From NCBI GenBank assembly GCA_031459765.1, contig JAVKHY010000001.1, positions 221,701-285,700 on the forward strand: a DNA stretch of 64,000 nt, written 5' to 3'. The DNA comes from Candidatus Kaftiobacterium secundum. Lineage in GTDB: Bacteria > Sysuimicrobiota > Sysuimicrobiia > Sysuimicrobiales > Kaftiobacteriaceae. Both the position numbers and the translations under genes were made by a program. Numbering within the stretch: position 1 is the stretch's first letter; each line of letters starts with the position of its first letter. The notes under the pieces are model-generated. The model saw nothing but the letters and a program-made list of their open reading frames with translations. It had not been told where the DNA came from and made no database searches. Shown here piece after piece: positions 9,521 to 18,180 of the stretch.

Positions 9521-10453
9521 GTGGTGTATTGTGTTCGCGTGGGTGTCCGGCGGCTGGCCGACGATCTCGTTCTCATCGACACAGGCTACAACAGCACCCC
9601 GGAGGCCATCGGCGTCTATCTCCTCCTGGGGGACCCACCGGGACTGGTGGAAACCGGTCCGGCCTCGTGCGCCGATACGGTACTCCACGGCGTCCGGCAG
9701 GCGGGGGTGGATCCCGCCGACCTGCAGGCGCTCGCCGTCACGCACATCCATCTCGACCATGCCGGCGGCGCCGGCGCCCTGGCCCGGCGCCTGCCGCGGG
9801 CGCGCGTTTACGTGCACCCCGTCGGCGCACCACACCTGCTCGATCCCACCCGGCTGCTGGCCAGCGCCGGACGGCTGTACGGGAACGATCTCGTGCCGCT
9901 GTTCGGCGAAACGGTCCCGGTGCCGGCGGACCGTCTGCACATCCTCCGCGACGGCGAGCTGCTGGCCATCGGCCGGCGTCGCCTGCGGGCCGTGGACACG
10001 CCGGGCCACGCCCGCCACCATCACGCCTACTGGGACGAGGAGACCGGGGACCTCTTCAGCGGGGACATCGCCGGCGTGGCACTGCCGGGATCGCGGTATG
10101 TGCGGGCGCCGACGCCCCCGCCCGAGTTGGACATTCCCGCCTGGCAGGCTTCCCTGCGGCGGATCCGCCAGCTCGGGCCGCGTCGGCTGCTCCTTACCCA
10201 CTTCGGGGCGCACGACTGGGTAGACGACCTGCTGGCGCAGCTGGAGGAGCGGCTGCAGGAAGGCGTCGACCGGGTGCGCGAGGCGCTGGCCGCCGGGCTG
10301 GATGCGGCGGCGATCACAGCCCGAATGCGGGAGCAGGCCCGCCGGCAGATCGAGGCGCGCGACGGCGTTGGGGCGGCGGCCCGCTATGAGGTGATCATGC
10401 CGGTCCGCCAGAGCGTGCTGGGGCTGATCCGGTACATCGAAAAGACGGGGTGA
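9521..10453 (+). CDS. MBL-fold metallo-hydrolase
   Basis: THIHLDHAGG, TPGHARHH, LFSGD, LTHFG. Confidence 0.9.
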   Translation: MVYCVRVGVRRLADDLVLIDTGYNSTPEAIGVYLLLGDPPGLVETGPASCADTVLHGVRQAGVDPADLQALAVTHIHLDHAGGAGALARRLPRARVYVHPVGAPHLLDPTRLLASAGRLYGNDLVPLFGETVPVPADRLHILRDGELLAIGRRRLRAVDTPGHARHHHAYWDEETGDLFSGDIAGVALPGSRYVRAPTPPPELDIPAWQASLRRIRQLGPRRLLLTHFGAHDWVDDLLAQLEERLQEGVDRVREALAAGLDAAAITARMREQARRQIEARDGVGAAARYEVIMPVRQSVLGLIRYIEKTG

Positions 10454-10457
10454 GACG

Positions 10458-11252
10458 ATGCTGCTCACAGGAAAGCGGGCGCTGATCATGGGAGTGGCCA
10501 ACAAGCGAAGCATCGCCTGGGGCATCGCGGAGGCCTTCCACCGGGAGGGGGCGCAGCTGGCCTTTACCTATCAGAACGAGCGGTTGAAGGAGAACCTCGA
10601 CGAGCTGCTGGAGACCATCGGCGGGCGCGCGGCCTTTCCGACCTTCCCCGGCGACGTCACCTCCGACGAGCAGCTCGACGCCGTCTTCGCCGGCCTCCGG
10701 GATCGGTGGGGCGGGCTGGATGCGCTGGCCCACTGCATCGCCTACGCCGACCGCGACGACCTGGCCCGCCCGCTACACCAGGTCTCCCGCGACGGATACG
10801 GGTTGACGCTGAACATCAGCGCCTACTCCCTGCTGGCCGTGGCGCGGCGCGCCGCCCCGCTGATGACCGGCGGGGGCAGCATTGTCACGCTCACCTACAA
10901 CGCCGTGGAACGCGTGGTCCCGGGCTACAACGTCATGGCCGTGGCCAAAGCCGCCCTGGAGGCGGAGGTCCGCTACCTGGCCAGCGAACTCGGGCCCTCC
11001 GGGATCAGGGTGAACGCCATCTCTGCCGGCCCGCTGAAGACCCTGGCCGGGAGCGCGGTGAAGGGGATCTCACGGCTCCGCGACATCACCGAAGAGATCG
11101 CCCCCCTGCGCCGGAACATCACCATCGAGGATGTCGGCGACGTCGCCGTCTTCCTGGCCAGCGACCTGGCACGCGCCGTAACCGGCAACACCATCTTTGT
11201 GGACAGCGGATTCCACATCATGAGCGCCATCCCGCCCCAGACTCCCTCCTGA
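10458..11252 (+). CDS. fabI: Enoyl-ACP reductase
   Basis: GVANKRSIAWGIA, YNVMAVAKAALE, VNAISAGP. Confidence 0.95.
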   Translation: MLLTGKRALIMGVANKRSIAWGIAEAFHREGAQLAFTYQNERLKENLDELLETIGGRAAFPTFPGDVTSDEQLDAVFAGLRDRWGGLDALAHCIAYADRDDLARPLHQVSRDGYGLTLNISAYSLLAVARRAAPLMTGGGSIVTLTYNAVERVVPGYNVMAVAKAALEAEVRYLASELGPSGIRVNAISAGPLKTLAGSAVKGISRLRDITEEIAPLRRNITIEDVGDVAVFLASDLARAVTGNTIFVDSGFHIMSAIPPQTPS

Positions 11253-11281
11253 CGCCGCGTGCGGCGCGTCACTCCGCCATC

Positions 11282-12541
11282 TTAATCTTCCGCTTCCTCG
11301 ATCAGCAGGGCGCGCACGGAACGCAGTTCGTTGGCCGCGTACCGCACCGGGTTGCCCCAGTGGCTCGCCGGTTGGGAGAGCACCTGGTTCCCGGCCACGT
11401 AGAAGACGCCGTTGCGGACAACCCCCAGGCCCCGGCGGACGGCAAAGGCGATCCACTGCCGCACCCGGGCCTGCGGATGTTGCAGCACCTGGCGGTCGAC
11501 CGGCAACCCGAGGGCGGTCAGGGCCGCGGCCAACCCGGCTGTTTCATCGACCAGTGCCGCCTCGGCCAGGGCGGACTGCCCGCGGACCAGCCGTTCCCAG
11601 ACCACGTGGCTGCAGATCTGCGTCGCGGTCATGGTGTGCAACCGGGCCAGCCGGCGCCGGATCTCCTCCTGTGCCCCGGGGTCCGCTCCGGGGGCCATGG
11701 CGCGCCCCACGGTGATGAAGATGCGCAGGCGGCCCGGCTTCATGAAATCGTAGACGATGCAGCAGGGCAGGACCCTCGCTTCCGGCACCCGTGCGAGCAC
11801 GAGCCGCAGCCCCGACCGGAAGGGCTGCAGCCGGCCGTCGGGCGAGATCACCCCCTCCGGGGCCAGGTAGAGCACCCCGCCCCGCCGCAACACATCGGCC
11901 AGCCGGTCCATCTGCGCGAGCACCACCTGGCGCTGGCGATCCCTGAGCACCGTCCGCCACGGTTCGCGGAAGGCGGCCAGCGACGCCGGGCCCTGCCAGT
12001 GCGCCCGCCAGCGCCAGGTCAGGAGGTGGGAGAGCCGCAGAGAGGCCGGCCGCAGAGACATCCCGACCCTGGCGAGGTCGTCCCACACGGTGTCGGCCAG
12101 GATCTCCGCCGCCGGCCGGTCCCCCAGCACCTCCAGCGCCTCCCGCAACGCCTCTTCCATGGTGCGCTCCGGGAAGCGGCGCACCGGGTGAATCCGCAGC
12201 CCCTGCATCACCCGCGCCAGGTCGATTTTGTAGAGCGCCCGGCGCAACCAGACGGGGACGACGTCGTACCGGGCGAGGAAGCCCCGCAGGAACATGTCCT
12301 CACGCCCCGCGAACTCCAGGGGACGGCGGGGCGGGCGCTGCAGCCAGTACAGTGTCGCCGTGAGCACGACGCTGTCCAGATCCCGCTTGTGGTTGGCGAC
12401 GATGAGGGTCGAAGGGGCAAAGGTCGTGGCGTCCGCCTCGGCGATGCGGATCTCGTAGAGCAGGCGGGGCGCCGCGTAGAAGAGCGCGGCGAGGCCGAAG
12501 TAGAGGACCTCGTCCAGCCATCCCCGCGCCCGGCCGGCCAT
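11282..12541 (-). CDS. PlsC-like glycerolipid acyltransferase with C-terminal extension
   Basis: HX4D motif NHKRDLD; LAPEG; start placed at ATG 12541. Confidence 0.75.
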   Translation of the reverse strand: MAGRARGWLDEVLYFGLAALFYAAPRLLYEIRIAEADATTFAPSTLIVANHKRDLDSVVLTATLYWLQRPPRRPLEFAGREDMFLRGFLARYDVVPVWLRRALYKIDLARVMQGLRIHPVRRFPERTMEEALREALEVLGDRPAAEILADTVWDDLARVGMSLRPASLRLSHLLTWRWRAHWQGPASLAAFREPWRTVLRDRQRQVVLAQMDRLADVLRRGGVLYLAPEGVISPDGRLQPFRSGLRLVLARVPEARVLPCCIVYDFMKPGRLRIFITVGRAMAPGADPGAQEEIRRRLARLHTMTATQICSHVVWERLVRGQSALAEAALVDETAGLAAALTALGLPVDRQVLQHPQARVRQWIAFAVRRGLGVVRNGVFYVAGNQVLSQPASHWGNPVRYAANELRSVRALLIEEAED

Positions 12542-12564
12542 CAGAAGCCACTTCGCCCGGAGCG

Positions 12565-13635
12565 ATGCGCATCCTGTATGCGGTCGGATCGTGGGGACTG
12601 GGCCACGCCGCACGCAGCCTGCCGGTGCTCGAGGCCCTGCACAGGGACGGCCATGAGCTGACTGTGATCAGCCACGGCCGGGCCCTGCTGATGCTCCGCC
12701 GCGAGCTGGGCCACCGCTGCGAGTTCCTGGAGTGGCCCCACTTCCCCCATACCGTAGGCCGCAGCGCCCTGGGGCTCTACCTGCGGACCGCGCTGGCCAT
12801 CCCCGCGATGCTGCGGGTTATGGTCTGGGAACGTCGGGCCACAGGGGAGCTGCTCCGACGCCGACGCTTCGATCGGATCGTCTCCGACAACCGCTACGGG
12901 GTGCAGGACCGCAGGGTCCCGTCCTTCCACATCACCAACAACGTCCGCTTCCTGGCGCCGGGGCGGCTGAGGCCGCTGGAGTGGGTGCTGGAAGCCTTCA
13001 ACTACGCCTGGTTCCGGGGGCTCCGTCGGGTGATCGTCCCGGACACGCCGGAAGACGCGCTGGCCGGCGACCTGGCCCACCGGCTGCGGATCTTCCCTCC
13101 CGAGCTGCTCGCCTATGTCGGCCTCCTCTCGCCGGTCCGCGCCCGCCCGATGCCGCGGGACGTCGATGTCTTCATCACAATCTCGGGACCTGAGCCCCAG
13201 CGGTCGATCCTCGAGCGTCTGGTCCGTGCGCAGCTGGCCGGCCTTCCGGGCAGGGTGGTCGTGACCCTGGGACGTCCCGAGGGATCAGGCGTCGAACGGC
13301 TGGGCGCCGCCGAAGTTTACGATTTCCTCGACCGAAGACCGCAGGAAGAGATGATGAACCGGGCCCGGGTGGTCGTGGCCCGGCCCGGCTTCTCCACCCT
13401 CAGCGCGGTGGCCGAGGTGGAGCGACAGGCGGTGTTCATCCCGACACCGGGGCAGACCGAGCAGATGTATCTCGCCACCTACCACCATGCGCGGGGAACC
13501 ATCTACGCCGCTTCCCAGACCCGTCTACGCCTGCCGGAGGCCGTCGCCGAAGCCGCACGACGCAGCGGTCTCAGGGCACGGGTGAAGACGGCGGAGGGCG
13601 TCAGGCGCGTCGTTGAACTCGTCTCTGCCGGATGA
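12565..13635 (+). CDS. GT-B glycosyltransferase (GT28/MJ1255-like)
   Basis: MRILYAV..GLGHA.R; VVVARPGFSTL; FIPTPGQTEQ. Confidence 0.85.
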   Translation: MRILYAVGSWGLGHAARSLPVLEALHRDGHELTVISHGRALLMLRRELGHRCEFLEWPHFPHTVGRSALGLYLRTALAIPAMLRVMVWERRATGELLRRRRFDRIVSDNRYGVQDRRVPSFHITNNVRFLAPGRLRPLEWVLEAFNYAWFRGLRRVIVPDTPEDALAGDLAHRLRIFPPELLAYVGLLSPVRARPMPRDVDVFITISGPEPQRSILERLVRAQLAGLPGRVVVTLGRPEGSGVERLGAAEVYDFLDRRPQEEMMNRARVVVARPGFSTLSAVAEVERQAVFIPTPGQTEQMYLATYHHARGTIYAASQTRLRLPEAVAEAARRSGLRARVKTAEGVRRVVELVSAG

Positions 13636-13804
13636 AACCCGCTCGAACGGAGAGGGGCGAACAGAATCGCAACGAACAAAAAATTTTGGACCCAAATATA
13701 TTAGATTCATACCAAGAGCAAATCCGGTGGACAGACCACCGCGGGGGCGTGTCGCCATGGGGTACCACGAGGACTTGCGCGACACCCATCACGGTGAGAT
13801 AGCG

Positions 13805-14170
13805 ATGCGAGCACCGCTTCCTTCGGCGCTGGCGGCGGCCGCGGGAGTCCTCGCTGCGGCCGCCCTCACCTTTGGCGGGGCGACCGTGCAGAACGTGAAG
13901 ATCGTGGCCCGGGAGTTCGCCTTCGAGCCGAAAGAGGTCATGGCTCGTCCGGGTGATGTCATATTCACAATCCACAACGCAGGGGCGATCGAGCACAACT
14001 TCCTGGTCGACGACGCGGCGAAGAAGACCGTGATCAAAGTGGCGGTGATCGCACCCGGCGAGAGCGAAGAGGTGCGGGTCGGCGTGCGTGCCGGAACGTA
14101 CGCGATCTACTGCGACCTCCCCGGCCACAGAGAGGCGGGGATGGCCGCGGTGCTGCGCGTCAGGGAGTAG
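13805..14170 (+). CDS. Exported cupredoxin (type-1 blue copper protein); alternative start ATG 13757
   Basis: Signal-like N-terminus; EHNF and YCDLPGHREAGM copper ligands (His, Cys, His, Met). Confidence 0.85.
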   Translation: MRAPLPSALAAAAGVLAAAALTFGGATVQNVKIVAREFAFEPKEVMARPGDVIFTIHNAGAIEHNFLVDDAAKKTVIKVAVIAPGESEEVRVGVRAGTYAIYCDLPGHREAGMAAVLRVRE

Positions 14171-15443
14171 CCAGGGCCGGGGTCCTCAGGATGTCCCACC
14201 AGCCGTAGCGCTCCAGGTAGACAAGGTCGAACAGCATCGCCGCGCCGTGCAGGCGCAGCACCGTCTCCAGGGCGGCGCCGAACTGCTCCGGCCGGTCCTC
14301 ATACAGGGTCAGCAGCAGTGCGCCCACCGGCGGCGGACCGCCGGCCAGGAGCTCCTTCGCCATCAGGGCGGCCCCCTCGACGCTCATCCACGGCGAGGCG
14401 CCGGAGCGCAGGGCATCGGCGGACGTGATCGCCGGGTAGTACAGCCCGGGCATCAGGAAGTCCAGGAATTCGGCGATGCTCGCCTCCTTCCACGACGGCG
14501 TGACCCACGGGAGATCCGGCGTGGCCTCCGGAACCGCCCAGTTCGTCCCTTCCTGCCAGTAGGTGGGGTACCATCCTCCCACGTAGGCGGACAGCGTGGC
14601 TTCGGGCCTGATGGCGCGCACCACCGTCGCCGCGGCCCGGACGAACTGCCGGATGGCCTGCGCCCGCCAGGCCACCCACTCGGCGAACAGCGGCCCGGGC
14701 GTCAGGGTGGATCCGTTCGGCACCAGCACGTCCTCGGGCCAGTGCCCCACGGGCTGTCCCAGCCACTCCTCGAACTGGATGCGGCTCAGGGCAGAGAAGT
14801 CCGCGCTGCCGTCGGGAAAGCGGAGGCGGTCCAGGACAACGCCGTCCACGTCGTAGCGGCTCACGATCTCCTGAACAATGGCCAGTTCGTATAGCTGGAC
14901 CTCAGGGTGGAGGGGGTTGGCGAAGCCGATCACGCCGACCTCCGTGGCCGGGATGAGACGTCCGTCGGGGGCCAGGTGCTGCGCCCGCCACTCCGGCCGC
15001 TCAAAGAGCCGCCCGACCCCGGCGGTGTTCAACCCCTCGCCGAAGACGTTCACCGCGGCGTGGACGCGGAGCCCGCGGGCATGGGCCTCTTCGAGGACAA
15101 TCCGGAAAGGATCGCTATTCCGGGGGAACCAGGCCGCCGGCGCGTCATAGGTGGGAGGAACGGGCCGCGGGACCGGCGAGTCCCGGATGTGCGGAGCGAA
15201 GGCGCTCTCGTAGAGGACGTAGCCCCAGGCGTTCTTGGCCTCCGGAATGAGGTCGGTGATGCCGGCGGCCTTCGCCCGGTCGAGGACCTGGACCAGGCGC
15301 TCCCGCGAGGCAAAGATCGGCAGGTTGGCCGACACTTCCATCCAGAGGGCGAGGCGGGGCGCGGGGCGCGGGGCGGCGGCGGCGGGGACGCCGAAGGACA
15401 CGGGCAGCGCGACGAGGAGGAGCAGAGTGAACGCACGACGCAC
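14160..15443 (-). CDS. Secreted GHL10/DUF187 family glycoside hydrolase-like protein
   Basis: Signal peptide from GTG 15443; GLRVHA, NPLHPEVQ, YDVDGVVLDRLRF. Confidence 0.75.
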   Translation of the reverse strand: MRRAFTLLLLVALPVSFGVPAAAAPRPAPRLALWMEVSANLPIFASRERLVQVLDRAKAAGITDLIPEAKNAWGYVLYESAFAPHIRDSPVPRPVPPTYDAPAAWFPRNSDPFRIVLEEAHARGLRVHAAVNVFGEGLNTAGVGRLFERPEWRAQHLAPDGRLIPATEVGVIGFANPLHPEVQLYELAIVQEIVSRYDVDGVVLDRLRFPDGSADFSALSRIQFEEWLGQPVGHWPEDVLVPNGSTLTPGPLFAEWVAWRAQAIRQFVRAAATVVRAIRPEATLSAYVGGWYPTYWQEGTNWAVPEATPDLPWVTPSWKEASIAEFLDFLMPGLYYPAITSADALRSGASPWMSVEGAALMAKELLAGGPPPVGALLLTLYEDRPEQFGAALETVLRLHGAAMLFDLVYLERYGWWDILRTPALATP

Positions 15444-15549
15444 AGCGCGGGTATTCCGCCGCCGGGGAGGATTTTCCCTTCCCGCTCCCCAACTAAGTCC
15501 CCCGCACCATCCCCCCACGCCGGACAGCCGGAGGAGCGCTGTGCGCACG

Positions 15550-17271
15550 ATGATGCAGGTCGAGCCGCGCCGGGAATTCCCGCGGCGTTTCGTGCCCAAG
15601 GACGCGGACATGGGGAACTGGACCCATCTGGAGCCGCTGTTCCGGCAACTCCTGGCGCGGAAGCTCGACACGGTGTCCGACCTCGAACAGTGGTTGCTGG
15701 ATTGTTCCGAGTTGAGCGGTGCCGTTCTGGAGGAACGCACCCGTCGCTACATCGCCATGACCACGCAGACGGACGATCCCGTGCGCGAGGCGGCCTACAA
15801 CGAATTCCTCCAGGAGATCGACCCCAAGGTCAAACCCCTTTGGCACGCGCTGAACGTGGCCTACCTGCAGAGCCCGGCCCGGTCGCAGCTGCCCGCCTCC
15901 CGCTACGGGGTGCTGGACCGTCACGTCGAGAACGACGTCGCGCTGTTTCGCCAGGAGAACGTGCCGCTGGAGACCGAGGAGGCGCTGCTGGCCAAGGACT
16001 ACCAGAAGGTGATGGGGGCCATGACCGTCACCTACCGGGGCCAGGAACTCACGCTGCAGCAGGCGGGGAAGTACCTCGAGGAGACCGATCGCGCCGTGCG
16101 CCAGGAAGTGTGGGAGCTGGTCGCGCGGCGGAGGCTCCAGGACCGGGACACGATCGAAGACATCTACGACAGGCTGCTGGACCTGCGCCAGCGGATGGCC
16201 CGGAATGCCGGCTTTGCCAACTACAGGGATTATGCGTTCAAGCGCCGGCGACGGTTCGACTACACCCCGGAAGACTGCTTCGCCTTCCACCGGGGCGTGG
16301 AAGAAGCGATGCTCCCGCTGGTCCAGCGCATCTACGAGGATCGCCGGCGCAAGCTCGGGATCCCCACCGTGCGCCCCTGGGACACCCAGGTGGATCCCCT
16401 GGGCCGCCCGCCGCTGCGCCCCTTTGCCACCGCGGAGGACCTCGTCCGCGGGTGCGCCGAGATCTTCCGCCGCATCGACCCGGCCCTGGGTCGGCAGTTC
16501 GAGTTCCTGGCCGAAGCGCACCTGCTCGATCTGGAGAGCCGCAAGGGCAAGGCGCCCGGAGGCTACCAGAGCACTCTGCATGAGCGCCGCTGGCCGTTCA
16601 TCTTCATGAACGCGGTGGGCCGCGACGACGACCTGCGCACCCTGCTGCACGAAGCCGGGCACGCCTTCCACCAGCTGGCCGCCCGGGAGGAGCCGCTGAT
16701 TCACTACCGGCACGCGCCGCTGGAGTTTGCCGAGGTGGCCTCGATGGGGATGGAACTGCTGGCCGCCCCGCATCTGGACGTCTTCTACCGCGATGAGGCC
16801 GAGTACCGACGGGCCTACCGGAACACGCTCGAGGACGCCGTGCTGATCTTCCCCTGGATCGCCACCATCGACGCCTTCCAGCACTGGATCTACACCCACC
16901 AGGGCCACGGCCGCGAGGAGCGCCGCGACCGGTGGCTGGAGCTCTACCGCCGGTTTCAGCCCTCCCTGGACTGGAGCGGCTACGAGGAGGAACTGGCCTT
17001 CTACTGGCACCGCCAGCTGCACCTGTTCACGAGCCCCTTCTACTACATCGAGTACGGGATCGCCGAGATCGGGGCGCTGCAGGTCTGGCTGCAGAGCCGC
17101 ACCGATCACCGGGCCGCGGTGGAGCGGTACTGGCAGGCCCTCAGCCTGGGCGGCAGCCGGCCGCTGCCGGAACTGTTCGCGGCGGCGGGGGCGACGTTCA
17201 AGTTCGACGCCGAGACCCTCGCGCCGCTGGCAGAGGCGGTGGCAATGGAACTGGACCGGATCGGCGACTGA
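15550..17271 (+). CDS. pepF: M3 family oligoendopeptidase (PepF-like)
   Basis: HEAGH zinc motif, AEVASMGMEL, FYYIEYG. Confidence 0.88.
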   Translation: MMQVEPRREFPRRFVPKDADMGNWTHLEPLFRQLLARKLDTVSDLEQWLLDCSELSGAVLEERTRRYIAMTTQTDDPVREAAYNEFLQEIDPKVKPLWHALNVAYLQSPARSQLPASRYGVLDRHVENDVALFRQENVPLETEEALLAKDYQKVMGAMTVTYRGQELTLQQAGKYLEETDRAVRQEVWELVARRRLQDRDTIEDIYDRLLDLRQRMARNAGFANYRDYAFKRRRRFDYTPEDCFAFHRGVEEAMLPLVQRIYEDRRRKLGIPTVRPWDTQVDPLGRPPLRPFATAEDLVRGCAEIFRRIDPALGRQFEFLAEAHLLDLESRKGKAPGGYQSTLHERRWPFIFMNAVGRDDDLRTLLHEAGHAFHQLAAREEPLIHYRHAPLEFAEVASMGMELLAAPHLDVFYRDEAEYRRAYRNTLEDAVLIFPWIATIDAFQHWIYTHQGHGREERRDRWLELYRRFQPSLDWSGYEEELAFYWHRQLHLFTSPFYYIEYGIAEIGALQVWLQSRTDHRAAVERYWQALSLGGSRPLPELFAAAGATFKFDAETLAPLAEAVAMELDRIGD

Positions 17272-17283
17272 TGGGGGCGGCGG

Positions 17284-18141
17284 TCAGCCGACGACCACCA
17301 GCAGCACCCCGGCCACGGTCAGGACGGCGCCGGCCACGGTGGCGGCCCGGATCGTCTCCCCCTCGCGGAACAGCGCCAGCAGCGCCAGCGCGAACAGGGG
17401 GCTGGTGTTGGCCAGCGGGGTGACCCGCACCACCTCGCTCCGGCTCAGGGCGAAGAAGTAGGCCAGGAACCCGCCTGTCGTAAAGATCCCGCCGGCGACC
17501 AGATAGCTCAGGGACCGTCCATCCGCACGCAGCGGCTCCGTGCGGGACCGCAGCCAGAGGTAGGGGACCAGGGTGAGGAGCGACCCCGTCACGGTGAGGG
17601 CGGAGGCCACCGCGGGGTCGGGGAACATCCGCAGGCCGAGCTTGCGCAAAGTGAACGAGACGCTGGCCAGCACCGCGGTATTCAGAGCGAGCAGCGTCCC
17701 GGCCCACGGCCGTCCGGCCGGGGCGACGGGGTCCGGCCGCGCCGTCAGGGCCAGGCCCACGACGACACACAGCGTCCCGACGGCCAGCGACCACGAGACC
17801 GACTCGCCCAGGACGGGCACGGCCAGGAGCGCCGCAAACAGCGGCGTGGTGTTGCTGATGGTCGAGGCCCGCGCCACGCCGATCCGCCTGATGCTCTCAT
17901 AGTAGGTGAGGCGGGCCAGCGCCGGGGCGAGCGTGCCGGCGAGGAGAAAGGTCAGGACCGCCGCCCGAGGGATCCGACCGATCGCTCCCACGGCGAGGGC
18001 CAGGGCCCACATCGCCACCAGGTTGGTGGCGACCGAAACGAGGGTCGCCGTGCCGGCGTTGGACCCCGCCAGTCCTCGGCGCACCAACAGCGCGGCGGCG
18101 GCGAAGAGAACGGCCGAAGTGAGGGCGAAAACGCTGCCCAT
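17284..18141 (-). CDS. EamA/DMT family transporter
   Basis: About 10 TM helices in two EamA repeats. Confidence 0.85.
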   Translation of the reverse strand: MGSVFALTSAVLFAAAALLVRRGLAGSNAGTATLVSVATNLVAMWALALAVGAIGRIPRAAVLTFLLAGTLAPALARLTYYESIRRIGVARASTISNTTPLFAALLAVPVLGESVSWSLAVGTLCVVVGLALTARPDPVAPAGRPWAGTLLALNTAVLASVSFTLRKLGLRMFPDPAVASALTVTGSLLTLVPYLWLRSRTEPLRADGRSLSYLVAGGIFTTGGFLAYFFALSRSEVVRVTPLANTSPLFALALLALFREGETIRAATVAGAVLTVAGVLLVVVG

Positions 18142-18180
18142 CAGGACGGAGGCTGCGACGGCCGGGATGCCACCGCCACC

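Noticed and set aside
13715-13790. GGTGG-loop-CCACC hairpin resembling part of ZTP or c-di-GMP-I riboswitches
   Set aside because: Flanking conserved nucleotides of either family are missing
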